Source: an uncultured Aminicenantes bacterium (lineage in GTDB: Bacteria; Acidobacteriota; Aminicenantia; UBA2199). From it: a stretch of 64,000 bases of DNA. The notes under the pieces are model-generated. The model was not told the DNA's origin. It did not search any database and was given only the letters and a program-made list of their open reading frames with translations. A program made the translations under genes and the position numbers. This document shows, piece after piece, positions 49,516 to 59,947 of this stretch; positions within the stretch are counted from its first letter, which is position 1; every line of letters begins with the position of its first letter. The stretch covers positions 1 through 64,000 of the forward strand of contig CBDAFS010000009.1 in the NCBI GenBank assembly GCA_965195285.1, in the 5' to 3' direction.

Positions 49516-50119
49516 GATATTATTCGACCCCATTCTAAATAACAATCCAATCACTCTGGGGGTGCTGGGGATATGTTCTGCCCTGGCTGTTACTTCAAAA
49601 ATGGAGACATCGGTGGTGATGTCGCTGGCAGTCATATTTGTCCTGGCTTTCTCCAATCTATCGATTAGTTTGATCCGGAATCATGTGCCAACCAATATAC
49701 GAATAATTGTTGAGATGACGATTATTGCTTCTCTGGTTATAATCGCTGATGAGGTGATCAAGGCATATCTTCCGGAAATCAGCAAGCAATTATCAGTTTA
49801 TGTGGGATTGATCATTACCAATTGCATTATTATGGGAAGAGCCGAGGCTTATGCACTTCAGAATCCTCCCTGGAAGAGTTTTTTGGATGGTGTGGGAAAC
49901 GGCTTGGGATACACTTTTATTTTAATTGCCGTTGCTTTTGTTAGAGAATTATTCGGATCCGGGAAACTCATGGGATTCTCTGTTTTTCAATTAAGCACAG
50001 AGGGAGGCTGGTATAGTCCCAATGGTATGTTATTAACCCCTGCCAGTGCCTTTTTCCTTATTGGTTTTATTATTTGGATTATCCGGACCTTTAGAAAAGA
50101 ACAAGTGGAAGAGGCATAA
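49499..50119 (+). CDS. nqrD: Na+-NQR subunit D
   Basis: [24 protein letters not shown]. Confidence 0.95.
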   Translation: MGKYSKILFDPILNNNPITLGVLGICSALAVTSKMETSVVMSLAVIFVLAFSNLSISLIRNHVPTNIRIIVEMTIIASLVIIADEVIKAYLPEISKQLSVYVGLIITNCIIMGRAEAYALQNPPWKSFLDGVGNGLGYTFILIAVAFVRELFGSGKLMGFSVFQLSTEGGWYSPNGMLLTPASAFFLIGFIIWIIRTFRKEQVEEA

Positions 50120-50120
50120 A

Positions 50121-50732
50121 ATGCTTGAGCACTATCTTAGCCTTTTTGTCAAATCGATTTTCGTGGAAAATATAGCTCTGGCCCTCTTTCTGGGTATGTG
50201 CACATTTCTGGCTGTATCCAAAAGAGTTGAAACTGCCACCGGACTGGGCATAGCGGTTGTTGTTGTTCAGGCCATTACCGTTCCGGTTAACAACCTGATA
50301 TTTCATAATTTGTTAAAAGAGGGATCATTGGGCTGGCTTGGTCTGGGGAAGGTTGATCTTACCTTCCTCCGCTTGATCACCTTCATCGGTGTTATTGCCG
50401 CAATGGTACATATTCTGGAGATGATTTTGGATAAATTCTTTCCCAAGTTATACAATGCCCTGGGGATATTCCTCCCTCTTATTACGGTAAATTGCGCCAT
50501 CTTGGGAGGCTCTCTTTTTATGGTGCAATTTGAGTATGATTTTGTTGAAAGTGTGATTTTTGGATTCGGTTCCGGTATCGGTTGGGCATTGGCCATCATT
50601 GCTCTTGCCGGGATCAGGGAGAGAATGAAGTACAGTAATGTCCCGGAAGGATTGAGAGGTTTAGGGATCACCTTTATTATGGTCGGACTGATGGCGATGG
50701 CTTTCATGATATTTTCTGGAATTCAATTGTAA
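50121..50732 (+). CDS. nqrE: Na+-NQR subunit E
   Basis: [20 protein letters not shown]. Confidence 0.95.
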   Translation: MLEHYLSLFVKSIFVENIALALFLGMCTFLAVSKRVETATGLGIAVVVVQAITVPVNNLIFHNLLKEGSLGWLGLGKVDLTFLRLITFIGVIAAMVHILEMILDKFFPKLYNALGIFLPLITVNCAILGGSLFMVQFEYDFVESVIFGFGSGIGWALAIIALAGIRERMKYSNVPEGLRGLGITFIMVGLMAMAFMIFSGIQL

Positions 50733-50765
50733 CCCCCATGATTATGAAAAAGCGAGGGTAATGCA

Positions 50766-51998
50766 ATGAGCATGATAGGATTGATACTTCTTGGTAGTTT
50801 CATGTTTACCTTTATTGTTTTGGCCTTGGTGCTGCTTATATTACTGGCAAAATCCAAACTGGTTGCATCCGGAAATGTGAACATTGTCATTAATGAGGAT
50901 GTGGATAAAAGTGTGATCGTACCGATTGGGGGGAAATTGATTGGAGCCCTTGCGGATAAAAAGATATTTGTTCCCTCTGGTTGTGGGGGAGGTGGTACTT
51001 GTGGTACCTGTCGGGTAATAGTCACGGAAGGAGGAGGCACTATTCTGCCAACCGAGCGTTCCTTGATTAACCGAAAGGATGCCCGGGATGGTTTTCGTCT
51101 TGCCTGTCAGGTTCCCGTAAAGGGAGACATGCGAATAAAACTTTCCCCGGAAATACTTGAAGCTGAAAAATGGATATGTACCATCAGGGCCAACCACAAT
51201 GTGGCTACCTTTATAAAAGAACTGATCCTGGAACTTCCTGAAAAGCAGGAGGTTAATTTTCGGGCCGGCGGATACATTCAGATCGAAGCCCCGGCACACA
51301 AAATAAACTACCGGGATTTTAACATCGAACCCGAGTACCAGCCTGAATGGGATAAAAATAATATGTGGCGTTATGTTTCCAGGATTGATGAGTCTATTTC
51401 CCGCGCTTATTCCATGGCCAATTATCCTGAGGAAAAGGGAATAATCATGCTGAATATCAGGATTGCCAACCCACCACCGGAAAAACCCAAAGCACCGCCC
51501 GGCCAGATGTCGTCATATTTGTTTGGGTTAAAACCTGGAGATGAGGTGATAATATCAGGGCCATATGGTGAATTTTTTGCCAAAGAGACCGAGAATGAAA
51601 TGGTTTTTATCGGAGGCGGTGCAGGCATGGCTCCGATGCGATCACATATTTTTGATCAATTGACACGCATCAAGACAAAAAGGAAAATAACCTTCTGGTA
51701 TGGAGCCAGAAGTTTGAAGGAGATGTTTTACGTTGATGATTTCAATATCCTTCAGGAAAAATATGAAAATTTCAAATGGTATGTTGGTTTATCAGAATCC
51801 TTGCCGGAAGATAATTGGAGAGGTTATGTGGGATTTATTCACCAGATTGTTCATGATCATTATTTAAATGAGCATCCGGCTCCTGAAGATTGTGAATATT
51901 ATTTGTGCGGGCCTCCCTTGATGATTTCTGCCTGTTTAAAGATGCTGGATGAAATGGGCATTGAAAGTGAAAGCATACTGCTTGATGAATTTGGTTGA
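50766..51998 (+). CDS. nqrF: Na+-NQR subunit F
   Basis: [28 protein letters not shown]. Confidence 0.95.
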   Translation: MSMIGLILLGSFMFTFIVLALVLLILLAKSKLVASGNVNIVINEDVDKSVIVPIGGKLIGALADKKIFVPSGCGGGGTCGTCRVIVTEGGGTILPTERSLINRKDARDGFRLACQVPVKGDMRIKLSPEILEAEKWICTIRANHNVATFIKELILELPEKQEVNFRAGGYIQIEAPAHKINYRDFNIEPEYQPEWDKNNMWRYVSRIDESISRAYSMANYPEEKGIIMLNIRIANPPPEKPKAPPGQMSSYLFGLKPGDEVIISGPYGEFFAKETENEMVFIGGGAGMAPMRSHIFDQLTRIKTKRKITFWYGARSLKEMFYVDDFNILQEKYENFKWYVGLSESLPEDNWRGYVGFIHQIVHDHYLNEHPAPEDCEYYLCGPPLMISACLKMLDEMGIESESILLDEFG

Positions 51999-52045
51999 TT
52001 TATAACATTTTGGACAAACCCAGAATTTGAAAATGGGGTGTTAAA

Positions 52046-53122
52046 ATGGATAGACTCGAGACCAGTAAGAACAGAATAAAATTTTTTATTATAATCATAT
52101 TGCTTCCTTTTGTTTTTGCCAGTTGCTCAAATGAGAAAGCCCAGGATAAATTGGTGGTTATCAATGGGATAACCATGGGAACCACCTATACGGTTAAGCT
52201 TGTTAACGGTTTTAAATCAGCGGTGGCGGGTGAAAAGGTTGATTATTTTCTTTTAAAAAAGGGTATAACGCAGGTTCTGAAGCAAATCAACCAGCAAATG
52301 TCAATATTTATAAATGATTCGGAGATTTCTCAATTCAACCGTTTTAGAGGCTCAGATTGGTTCCGGACTTCTCTGGATACAGCTAGGGTTATAAAGCAGG
52401 CATTATCTGTGAGTGAAAAATCTAATGGAGCTTTTGATATAACCGTTGGTCCTTTGGTAAATTTGTGGGGATTTGGGACCAGAACTGTTGAAGGAATTCC
52501 TGATGAAGATGAAATAAAACAAAGTCTGAAAATCATTGGTTACAAAAATATATCCGTTCGGTTGTCGCCCCCTGCTGTAAAAAAGAGGATCAAAGAAATT
52601 TATTGTGATTTATCGGCAATTGCCAAAGGATTTGGAGTAGATAGATTGGCTGAATATTTGGATTCCGAAAAAATATCCTCTTATCTCATTGAGATCGGCG
52701 GTGAGGTTCGGGCCAGAGGGAAAAACAATTATAACAAATGGTGGCGGATAGGAATCGCTTCCCCTACCAACACGTTTGGTATCCAGAAAGTGATTGATCT
52801 GAAGAACCGGTCAATGGCGACTTCAGGCGATTATCGGAATTACTTTGAAAAAGACGGGATCCGGTATTCTCATACGATTAATCCTAAAACCGGAAGACCC
52901 ATTTCGCATAATCTGGCCTCGGTTACGGTTATTGATGATTCCTGTCTGGTTGCAGATGCCCTGGCGACTGCAATCAATGTTTTGGGACCGGATAAGGGTT
53001 ATGATTTTGCTTTAAAAGAAGATCTGGCTGTTTTTTTTGTCCAAAAGGCAGATAATGGATTTATAGAAAAATCAACTCCGAAATTTGAAAAAATTTTGGA
53101 TTCCCGAGGAGATCAAAATTAA
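52046..53122 (+). CDS. apbE: FAD:protein FMN transferase lipoprotein
   Basis: Lipobox FASC, TMGT, DLSAIAKG, ATSGDY, ADALAT. Confidence 0.93.
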   Translation: MDRLETSKNRIKFFIIIILLPFVFASCSNEKAQDKLVVINGITMGTTYTVKLVNGFKSAVAGEKVDYFLLKKGITQVLKQINQQMSIFINDSEISQFNRFRGSDWFRTSLDTARVIKQALSVSEKSNGAFDITVGPLVNLWGFGTRTVEGIPDEDEIKQSLKIIGYKNISVRLSPPAVKKRIKEIYCDLSAIAKGFGVDRLAEYLDSEKISSYLIEIGGEVRARGKNNYNKWWRIGIASPTNTFGIQKVIDLKNRSMATSGDYRNYFEKDGIRYSHTINPKTGRPISHNLASVTVIDDSCLVADALATAINVLGPDKGYDFALKEDLAVFFVQKADNGFIEKSTPKFEKILDSRGDQN

Positions 53123-53318
53123 TCCGATATTGGTGTACTTTTTTTCTTTTATTACTATGTTCATAATGGGGTGGGTTTTATATTTCTCCGGATATAGAAA
53201 GAGGAAATCAACTTCTTGTGAAATGTGTGGAAGAGACTTAAGAACTAAGGGAGACGAATCAACAACACAAAGCTGTCTGGAAAATGAGGGATGTTCCGCA
53301 AAAAAGATTAGGAATTAG
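53118..53318 (+). CDS. small single-TM Cys-rich protein, NqrM-like position
   Basis: TM segment, basic patch, four Cys; follows apbE; start codon uncertain. Confidence 0.5.
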   Translation: MNPILVYFFSFITMFIMGWVLYFSGYRKRKSTSCEMCGRDLRTKGDESTTQSCLENEGCSAKKIRN

Positions 53319-53866
53319 TCTTCGTTAATAGTGGTTTCCTCAAAGGTATAACTTCCAGAGGTCGTAATCTCATGGAGGTTTCCATTTTGATCGGAGATGG
53401 TCATTTCAGCAATGATCTGGGTGGGGATATAGGGTTTAAAGATAAAAACATCATCGGCAAGTGCATTGGTCAGAAAGGGTTGCGGAGTTCCGATGAAAAT
53501 CTCTATGATATCATCCCCCGGTACTACCAAGCCATCTGAAATGGTGAGTTTATAATGTTGGTAATTGTTTTGATTGATTTCTAAAATGGTTACAATGTCA
53601 CGCTTTATTTTAAAGGACCAGCTGGTTATAGTAGCGGTAACATTGGTGTGATTACGAATCGCCGCATAAAGATTAATACTGGTGAGTATTTTGTTTTCCT
53701 GATTTTGATTTTTGGGAATCACGGTTGCCTGTAAGGAATAGCCGGATGTGTTTTCAATGGAAAAATCATAAACAATGGTATCTTCATCTGTGGTTTTGCA
53801 ACTACCCATAATCAACAAAGACAAAATGGCCAGCGTAATTGAGAAAAGCAAAGTCATTTTTTTCAT
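53315..53866 (-). CDS. hypothetical lipoprotein
   Basis: MKKM..LLIMGSC signal; GGAGG RBS. Confidence 0.65.
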   Translation of the reverse strand: MKKMTLLFSITLAILSLLIMGSCKTTDEDTIVYDFSIENTSGYSLQATVIPKNQNQENKILTSINLYAAIRNHTNVTATITSWSFKIKRDIVTILEINQNNYQHYKLTISDGLVVPGDDIIEIFIGTPQPFLTNALADDVFIFKPYIPTQIIAEMTISDQNGNLHEITTSGSYTFEETTINED

Positions 53867-54054
53867 AACAGCCTCCTGTATATTCTACCAAATAAAGTGG
53901 TTCTATAATAAACCTACATTATGTGTTACGGTGAAAAATGAAAAAAGTTTTTCCGGACTGGGTTTTTTCAAAAAAAAACAGAACCAACCCGAACCCAATT
54001 CCGTATATACAATACCAGGATGGGATAAACGACCTGACCTGAAAGGAGTCATGA

Positions 54055-54672
54055 ATGAGAAAACTTGCTTTTATACTTTTGTTCATTGTGATATTGGCGA
54101 CATGGAATTTTTCATCTGATTTTTCTGTTAATCTGAATATTAATTATAACTATGGCTTGTCTGATTTTTTTGATGCATCCCAGTTGTTTTTTTCATATGA
54201 GGGTAAAAACTTTGTGGAGCGGAGACACAACTATCTGGGCTTCGGATTTAATGTTAGTGTAACCATTCCAGTGATTAAAAAATTGTATGTGGTTCCCGGT
54301 TTTACCATCAAGTACGGATACCAGGATTATGAATATAGAGAATTAACCGATGATACCGAGGCCGAACCTGAAAAAAACACTTTTTTCTTCAATATAGTCT
54401 CGGGAGAGGTAAATCTGGTTTATGACCTGTTGAGTTTCAATAAATACTGGTGTTTGCAGATTCTGGCCGGATTGACTTATAACCATTTTTCAGCGGATGA
54501 GGAAATGAGGCTGGAGGACAAAAATTATTGGGGATTTCATCCGGGTATTGGACTGAAATTTCTACAGATGAAACATTTTGGTTTTCGACTGGTTGTTTTT
54601 TATGATATACCCTTTGATTCGGAAATCTTCTCCTATATTAATACCTATGTGGGAGTGATGTACCGGTTTTAA
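54055..54672 (+). CDS. outer-membrane beta-barrel protein
   Basis: Signal peptide, alternating aromatic strands, C-terminal YRF. Confidence 0.75.
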   Translation: MRKLAFILLFIVILATWNFSSDFSVNLNINYNYGLSDFFDASQLFFSYEGKNFVERRHNYLGFGFNVSVTIPVIKKLYVVPGFTIKYGYQDYEYRELTDDTEAEPEKNTFFFNIVSGEVNLVYDLLSFNKYWCLQILAGLTYNHFSADEEMRLEDKNYWGFHPGIGLKFLQMKHFGFRLVVFYDIPFDSEIFSYINTYVGVMYRF

Positions 54673-54673
54673 T

Positions 54674-56197
54674 TTACTCCAGACTCCCAACCTCTTTCTC
54701 GACTTCCTCAAGAATTTCACATGAGTTGACCAGTTTCTTCATAACCGTGTGATCTGGATAAAGTGGCCGGTCAATCTCCAGGAAATCCACATATTTGCGA
54801 ATAATCTCTTTGGCTTTTACCACTCCCCGTCCAAAATTGTACTCTCTGAAATCCAGGGCCTGGGCGGCTGCCATAAATTCAATTCCCAGTATACCATAGG
54901 CGTTATCCAGTATTTGAAAATTCTTAATGGCGGTATTCATTCCCATGGAGACAAAATCCTCCTGATCCGCTGCTGCCGGAATGGATTGTATTGAGGCCGG
55001 CATTGAGAGTATCCGCTGTTCCACGATTTGCATGTCAGCTGTATACTGGCTTAACATCAACCCGGAAAACATTCCTGCTCCCTTGGTTAAAAATGCTGGC
55101 AGGCCGACACTCAGGGCCGGGTTATTGAGTCGATTCATTCTTCGTTCGGATAATACACTGACCATGGTGATGGCTATGCCGGCCATATCCATGGGCAGGG
55201 ATACCGGAGATCCCTGGAAGTTGGCCCCGGTCAATTGCAGGTTTTCTTCGGGGAAAAAGATGGGATTGTCACCCACCCCGTTCAGTTCGATTTCAACCTG
55301 GGACCGGGCATAGTTCAGTGCATCATGGGCGGCTCCGATAACCTGAGGTGTAGAACGCATGGAATAGGCATCCTGAACCTTGCATTTGATTTTTCCCTTA
55401 ATCAGATCTCCACCCTGGATGCAGGCGTTGATGGCCCGGGCGCATCGAATGGCACCGGAGAATCCACGGACTTCATGAAGTTTGGGCGTATATGGCTTCA
55501 TGTTTGCCTTCAATGCTTCCAGGGACATGGAGGTGGCAATTTCAGCCTGTTTAAGCCATCGGTTGGCATCATACAGGAATATGGCGCTCATGGCAGTCAG
55601 TAAATTGGATCCGTTTATGGTGGCCAGGCCATCTCTGGCTTCCAATCCTGGGATGGGAATCCCGGCCTTTTCCATGGCTTCTTTGCCTTCCAGCAGTGTT
55701 CCCTGGTAATAGGCCTCCCCCTCGCCGAGTAAAAGCAGTGCAATCTGGGACATGGGTGCCAGGTCACCGCAGGCACCAACCGAACCCTTCTGGCAAACAT
55801 AGGGTGTTACCCCCTTGTTTAACATGTCCACTAGGGTTTGGGCAATCACCGGGCGACAGCCTGAGTTTCCTTTGGAGAGCACGTTGATCCGGCTGGCCAT
55901 GGCCCCCCGCACGTATTCGATGGGTGCAGGGTCTCCAATACCGGCCGCATGGTTGTATATCAGGTATTTTTGAAAATCCTTGATCTGGTCATCGTTGAGA
56001 ACAACCTCTGAGAATTCTCCGATCCCCGTATTCACACCATACATGATTTCTCGAGCGACTATTTTCTTTTCCAGCATAGTCCTGCATTTTTGTATCCTTT
56101 CAATGGCTTCCGGATGAAGCTCAACCTGTTGGTTATGACGGGCGATCTGAACCAGCTTTTCAATGGCCAGGCCTGAACCGTTGAGAATAATTGGCAT
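54674..56197 (-). CDS. HAL/PAL-family (MIO) aromatic amino acid lyase with Ala-Cys-Gly motif
   Basis: YGVNTG, GSVGACGDL, QDAYS.R, DNP, ANFQG, QEDFVSM. Confidence 0.9.
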   Translation of the reverse strand: MPIILNGSGLAIEKLVQIARHNQQVELHPEAIERIQKCRTMLEKKIVAREIMYGVNTGIGEFSEVVLNDDQIKDFQKYLIYNHAAGIGDPAPIEYVRGAMASRINVLSKGNSGCRPVIAQTLVDMLNKGVTPYVCQKGSVGACGDLAPMSQIALLLLGEGEAYYQGTLLEGKEAMEKAGIPIPGLEARDGLATINGSNLLTAMSAIFLYDANRWLKQAEIATSMSLEALKANMKPYTPKLHEVRGFSGAIRCARAINACIQGGDLIKGKIKCKVQDAYSMRSTPQVIGAAHDALNYARSQVEIELNGVGDNPIFFPEENLQLTGANFQGSPVSLPMDMAGIAITMVSVLSERRMNRLNNPALSVGLPAFLTKGAGMFSGLMLSQYTADMQIVEQRILSMPASIQSIPAAADQEDFVSMGMNTAIKNFQILDNAYGILGIEFMAAAQALDFREYNFGRGVVKAKEIIRKYVDFLEIDRPLYPDHTVMKKLVNSCEILEEVEKEVGSLE

Positions 56198-56352
56198 TTT
56201 TGCCTCCTTTTATGGGAAAAAATTACAGACAGGATTTTTATTAAGCTCAATTATAAAGATTATAATCGGAGTTGTCAACATGTTTTTCCCTTGAATTGTC
56301 AGAAGATTTTTTATAAAATAGATGGGTAATCCATTGAAATAAGGAATATGTT

Positions 56353-56820
56353 ATGTTTTCGGTATTGAAAAAATATTTTGTTTCCAGTGAAAAAGACAGC
56401 CGGGCTCCCGAAGTCAAATTGAAAGACAAAATTTTAGTCGCCACCTGTGTATTGATGCTTGAAATTGCCAAAAGTGATGATGAATTTGCTCCGGTGGAAA
56501 TGAAAACCATTCGCCGTATACTCGAGACCGAACTGGAAATTCCGGGAAACAGTGTTGAGGAAATTCTGGCCATTGCGGAAAAGGACCGGACCAGCAGTAC
56601 GGATATCTTTGAATACACCCATTTAATCAATCAGCATTTTTCCCGGGAAGAAAAAATACAAATGGTGGAACGGTTCTGGAAAATCATATTTGCCGATGGC
56701 AGCTTTGACCAGTTTGAGGATTATATGGTTCATAAACTGGCGGATCTGCTCCGTCTGTCTCACGATGAGCTCATTTCAGCCAAGTTAAAGTTAAAACCCG
56801 AAAATATCAACAGCCGCTAA
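56353..56820 (+). CDS. TerB family protein
   Basis: LEIAKSD..F...E; IIFADG..D.FE. Confidence 0.85.
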   Translation: MFSVLKKYFVSSEKDSRAPEVKLKDKILVATCVLMLEIAKSDDEFAPVEMKTIRRILETELEIPGNSVEEILAIAEKDRTSSTDIFEYTHLINQHFSREEKIQMVERFWKIIFADGSFDQFEDYMVHKLADLLRLSHDELISAKLKLKPENINSR

Positions 56821-56829
56821 CAAAATGGT

Positions 56830-57099
56830 TTAGTGGTGTAGCTTTTGGAATTCATCTCTGCATTTCTTCGAGCAGAAGTAAACGGTTTCCTTTTCCCAGT
56901 TTAGTTTGATGGCCTGGCTTTCCGGGATATATGTTCCGCAAACCGGATCTTTTTTCATCTCTTCCATCGGTTTGGGGGATCCGGATTTTTTTTCTCTTTT
57001 AAGAAAACCGAAGAGGTCCCCTTTCCAAAATAGTCTGACCAGGAAGTACACAGCGGCTGCGATGATTAAAAATCTTAAGATTCGAATAATAAAAATCAT
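56830..57099 (-). CDS. membrane-anchored YHS/TRASH domain protein
   Basis: KDPVCG...YFCSKKC. Confidence 0.82.
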   Translation of the reverse strand: MIFIIRILRFLIIAAAVYFLVRLFWKGDLFGFLKREKKSGSPKPMEEMKKDPVCGTYIPESQAIKLNWEKETVYFCSKKCRDEFQKLHH

Positions 57100-58610
57100 T
57101 GCAGGTCTTTCACGATATTTAACAGAGAATCATTGTTAATCATGTCAACAATTTCTTTGAAGTACAGATCGAGCCGGTGATCCTTTTCCAGAAATGGCAC
57201 CTTCTGTCTGACTTTACTTTTTATCTTTTCAATGATTTTTGAACTTTTTAAAGTGTAGAAATCAAGCGCCTGCAATCCAACCATCAGTTCAATGGCTAAT
57301 ATATATTTGACGTTATGAATGATTTCCCGGGCAGTTCTGGCGCCAATGGTTCCCATACTGACATGGTCTTCCTGATTGGCAGAAGTGGGAATGTTGTCCA
57401 CCGAGGAGGGGTGGGCCAGGGTGCGGTTTTCGGATGTGAGTGAGGTGGCGGTTATATGGGCAATCATGAATCCCGAATTCAGGCCATCATTTTGAATCAG
57501 AAACGGAGGCAATCCCATGTTGGTTGAGGGGTTGAGCAACCGATCGATTCGTCTTTCGGACATGTTGCCTAGTTCGGTTATGACAATGGAAAGGAAATCC
57601 ATGGCAAAAGCCACTGGTTCACCGTGAAAATTTCCACCGGATAAAATTAATTTTTTATCCGGGAAAATCAGGGGGTTTTCGGTTGCCGAATTGATTTCGA
57701 CTTCCAGTATTTTCCGGACATGATTCAGGGTGTCTCTGATCGCTCCATGAACCTGAGGTATGCAGCGGATTGAATAGGCATCCTGGATTTTTTTTTCACC
57801 CTGATGGGATATCCATAAAGGTGAATTTTTTATAAGTTTGAGTATGTTTCGACTGGTTGTCAATTGTCCCGGGTGGGGTCTGACCTGTTGAATTTCATCA
57901 TAAAATGGTGAGGGATTTCCCAACTGGGCTTCGAAGGTCACGGCTCCGCCAATATCGGCGATTTTAACCAGTTTTTCAGCATCCAGTAAATTGAAAACCC
58001 CAATAGCGGTCATGACCTGGGTTCCGTTTATCAGGGCCAGGCCTTCCTTTTCTTTCAGGATAACGGGCGATAACCCGGCTTGTTTCAGTGCGGTTCTGGC
58101 CCGGACCTTTTTTCCCCGGAAGCTGACGTATCCTTCTCCGATCAAAACTGAAGCCAAATGGGACAGGGGAACCAGGTCACCGGATGCACCTACCGACCCT
58201 TTGGCGGGAATAAAGGGAACAAAATGATGATTGAGAAGGTCTAACAGGAGTTGAACCAGTTTCAGTCGAACCCCGCTGTTGCCCTTGGCCAGTACATTGG
58301 CTCGCAGCAATATGATTCCCCGAACGATTTCCTCCGGTAGAAAGTCACCCACACCGGCGGTATGACTCTTAATCAGGTTTTTCTGTAATCTCATCAGGTC
58401 TTTGTTATCGATTTTTTTAGTGGCCAGGGCCCCGAAACCGGTGTTGATACCATAGTAGGCCTTTTCAGACTTTATGAATTGTTCCAGGATTTTCCGGGAA
58501 TGTTTGATTTTGGTGATGGCGGTTTCCGAGAGTTCAACTCTGGTTTTCATTTTGGCCACCCTGAAAAATTCATCCAGGGTTAATTGGTCTCCATCAATTT
58601 TTATCAGCAT
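57096..58610 (-). CDS. hutH: histidine ammonia-lyase
   Basis: YGINTGFG, LIKSH, GASGDL, GGNFHG, NQEDHVSMG. Confidence 0.93.
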   Translation of the reverse strand: MLIKIDGDQLTLDEFFRVAKMKTRVELSETAITKIKHSRKILEQFIKSEKAYYGINTGFGALATKKIDNKDLMRLQKNLIKSHTAGVGDFLPEEIVRGIILLRANVLAKGNSGVRLKLVQLLLDLLNHHFVPFIPAKGSVGASGDLVPLSHLASVLIGEGYVSFRGKKVRARTALKQAGLSPVILKEKEGLALINGTQVMTAIGVFNLLDAEKLVKIADIGGAVTFEAQLGNPSPFYDEIQQVRPHPGQLTTSRNILKLIKNSPLWISHQGEKKIQDAYSIRCIPQVHGAIRDTLNHVRKILEVEINSATENPLIFPDKKLILSGGNFHGEPVAFAMDFLSIVITELGNMSERRIDRLLNPSTNMGLPPFLIQNDGLNSGFMIAHITATSLTSENRTLAHPSSVDNIPTSANQEDHVSMGTIGARTAREIIHNVKYILAIELMVGLQALDFYTLKSSKIIEKIKSKVRQKVPFLEKDHRLDLYFKEIVDMINNDSLLNIVKDLQ

Positions 58611-58804
58611 ATTTTTGATTTCATTAAATAAACCAACAACAAACCAAATACGATAAGCATAAGTCCGAGTATTCGCATCACATTGGTATCCAGCTGTTGA
58701 ATTTGTAAAAGGTAGATTTTGATCTTATCCGGAAATAGAAAATAGGGCAACCCCTCTATGACCATGACTGAACCGATAATTAAAATGATTAAATGGATAT
58801 TCAT
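58604..58804 (-). CDS. DUF2065 family small membrane protein
   Basis: VIEGLPYFLFP...RILG. Confidence 0.8.
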   Translation of the reverse strand: MNIHLIILIIGSVMVIEGLPYFLFPDKIKIYLLQIQQLDTNVMRILGLMLIVFGLLLVYLMKSKIC

Positions 58805-58810
58805 TTCACA

Positions 58811-59941
58811 TTACTTCATTAGTTCAGACCGGGAAAAATTTCTTTTTAACTTGAATTCATCCCAGTCAAAGGGGTATTGATTATCGATGATGATATCGGA
58901 AATATATTTTCCAATGGCCGGTGAAAACATGAATCCGTGTCCGCTCATTCCGGCAGCCACATAGTATCCGGCAATATCTGTTTTATCAACGATGGGGCTG
59001 CCATCAGGTGTCATTGAATAACTACCACCCCAGTGTCTTAATACTTTTGCCTTGTTTAATTCAGGTATTAATCGGATGGTTCGTTTTGACATTTCAATCA
59101 GGAATTCTTTGGATGAGCCGGTATCTGTTCCCGGTTGATTCGGTATCGGGGTATAGCAACCGATAATCTGTCCGTTAATCAGTTGTTGAAAATAACATCC
59201 ATCCGGGCGGTAGTCCACTATCATGGTTTCAAAAAGCCGTTCCTGCCTGTCGGTGATGAGAGCTTCGTGCTTTTCCGGGAATATAGGAAGCTCAACTCCG
59301 GCCATTTGACTGACTTCCCCTGCCCAGGGACCGGCAGCATTGATGACCGTATCCCCGAAGATCTTCTCTCCGCCTTTTAATATCACCCCCATTATCCTTT
59401 CCCCTTCAACAATCATTTCCGTGACCTCGACGAAAGATCTGATGACAGACTGGGCTTTTCGGATTTCCTGAATATACCCGGCAATGACCTTGAAGGGATA
59501 AGCCTGGCCGTCATCGGGAGAATAAACGCCTCCCAATAAGTTTTCGGGATTCAGGCAGGGGACGATTTCCAGACATTCTTGGATGGAAAGGATTCGAATA
59601 TCAAGTCCCAGGGATTTTTGCAGCCGGGCCACGGTTTTGAATGAATCCAGATTGACCTGGCTGTAGGCCAGAAACAGGTAACCGCCTTGATAAAACTCTA
59701 CTGAAAAACCGAATTCCTCTTCCATTTGTTGGAATTGTTTCATACTTTCCTGCATGAGTTTAATAGAGGCTTCGGTGGAAAATTGCTGTCTGATGCCTCC
59801 GATACAGCGGGTGGTGGATCCGGAACCGGGGAAATTTTTTTCCAGTACCAGTACCTTTTGGCCTCTTTTTGAGAGGTGAAAAGCAGCGGAGAGTCCAATG
59901 ACACCACTTCCGATAATGATGGTGTCAAACGATTTGGTCAT
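58811..59941 (-). CDS. FAD-dependent oxidoreductase (DAO/sarcosine oxidase beta-like)
   Basis: GSGVIG, GIRQQF, NAAGPW, TPDGSP, SGHGFM. Confidence 0.9.
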   Translation of the reverse strand: MTKSFDTIIIGSGVIGLSAAFHLSKRGQKVLVLEKNFPGSGSTTRCIGGIRQQFSTEASIKLMQESMKQFQQMEEEFGFSVEFYQGGYLFLAYSQVNLDSFKTVARLQKSLGLDIRILSIQECLEIVPCLNPENLLGGVYSPDDGQAYPFKVIAGYIQEIRKAQSVIRSFVEVTEMIVEGERIMGVILKGGEKIFGDTVINAAGPWAGEVSQMAGVELPIFPEKHEALITDRQERLFETMIVDYRPDGCYFQQLINGQIIGCYTPIPNQPGTDTGSSKEFLIEMSKRTIRLIPELNKAKVLRHWGGSYSMTPDGSPIVDKTDIAGYYVAAGMSGHGFMFSPAIGKYISDIIIDNQYPFDWDEFKLKRNFSRSELMK

Positions 59942-59947
59942 TATGGA

